From the NCBI RefSeq assembly GCF_037042905.1, contig NC_087248.1, positions 20,770,001-20,834,000 of the forward strand: a stretch of DNA of 64,000 bases. Direction: 5' to 3'. The notes under the pieces were generated by a model. The model saw only the letters and a program-made list of their open reading frames with translations, did no database searches and had not been told where the DNA came from. Below are positions 62,941-64,000 of this stretch, in pieces; position 1 is the stretch's first letter; each line of letters opens with the position of its first letter. The translations under genes were made by a program, and so were the position numbers. The stretch comes from Lytechinus pictus. Its lineage: Eukaryota.

Positions 62941-63521
62941 ACGACAAGTTCACCCCAGGAAAATTCTGACTTGAATAAATAAAGAAAAATCAAACTAGCA
63001 TAGTGCTGAAAATTTCATCAAAATCGGATGTAAAATAAGAAAGTTATGACATTTTAAAGTTTCGCTTATTTTTCACAAATATGCGCAACTAGTTAAGTCA
63101 GCTGATGATGTCCATCACTCACTATTTCGTTTGTTTTTTATTGTTTGAATTATACAATATTTCATTTTGTATAGATTTGACAATAAGGACCAACTTGACT
63201 AAACCATATAGCATTAAACAATGCTAATTCCACATGTTCAGGGAGGAATTAATCCTATCACTTGACAATGAGGAGAAAAATAGAATATTTCTAAATTCAT
63301 ATAATAAAATACAAAAGAAATAGCGAGTGGATGACGTCATAGTCTCCTCATTTGCATACCAGCCAGGATGTGCATAAAACTTTTTTGTGAAATTAAGCGA
63401 AACTTTAAAAGGTCATAACTTTCTTACTTTATATCCGATTTTGATGAAATTTTCAGTGTTATGCTTGTTGGATTTTTCTCTTTTTATTCAAATCAACTTT
63501 TTGTTTGGGTGGACTTGTCCT
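62941..63521. mobile_element. Kolobok-like MITE (GACAAGTYCACCC termini)
   Basis: GACAAGTTCACCCC...GGGTGGACTTGTCCT followed by TTAA; long imperfect TIRs related to the other TTAA MITEs. Confidence 0.8.
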
Positions 63522-64000
63522 TTAACTTGACTCGGCTACATATACTCCAGAATTTAATTGCAAAGCAGTACAGTGCCGTGGCGGGACACAAAAGCATAGA
63601 ATCGCCCCGATGATAGATTACTTTTAGGCACGTTTATTATTATTCAAAACGTCAGTTTGGGCAACAGCACCACTGTCATTCGGTGCATTTGAACTCAAAT
63701 GGCATGATGGTTTGATAATCAATGAGGAAACCCCTTTTCATTAGATTCGCTAGAAAGCATCAATGCGTCCAATAGCGACTGGTATTTAACAATTTGCCTA
63801 ATTTTGATACATAGCCTCGTTGGGATCCTAGTCGGAGTAAAATTATATTATGAATGGATTAAAATTCCATTTTTTTTTAACCTTACCACGACCCAGACGT
63901 AGGTTGTTTAGCTCGGAGGAAATTAAGGTCGGAGTAGTGCCCCTCTGGACATAGTTACACAGACCTTCCTCCGAACTAGTTATACTCCTGGAAACAAGTA

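Overview
Eukaryotic, AT-rich and repeat-dense DNA from a marine invertebrate. An echinoid (sea urchin) is a guess from the repeat styles, not proven. The window is a tandem cluster of six alpha-tubulin genes: the 3' end of one (1-302) and five complete three-exon genes. Each complete gene has an ATG-only exon 1, a 223-bp exon 2 and an exon 3 of about 1.13 kb; four are on + and one is on -. Introns and promoters are unalignable by eye, but the exons show patchwork homogenisation. Every complete gene has an RFX X-box-like motif about 160-240 bp upstream of its ATG. Between the genes lie a 5.1-kb 21-bp minisatellite with higher-order structure and a very recent CsRn1-type Ty3/gypsy LTR retrotransposon (13168-18669, -). 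That element has identical 877-bp LTRs, a tRNA-Trp PBS, a capsid-less mini-Gag, a GGGAAAC slippery site followed by an H-type pseudoknot, and an intact Pol. Also present are a Helentron-associated (HINE-like) element, many MITEs (Kolobok-, Tc1-, hAT-, Merlin- and Harbinger-like), tRNA-derived SINEs and a LINE tail. A set of 12-39 bp CAT...TG micro-palindromes flanked by 7-8 bp duplications looks like P-superfamily transposon excision scars. There are two assembly gaps. All calls are from manual reading; no searches were run.
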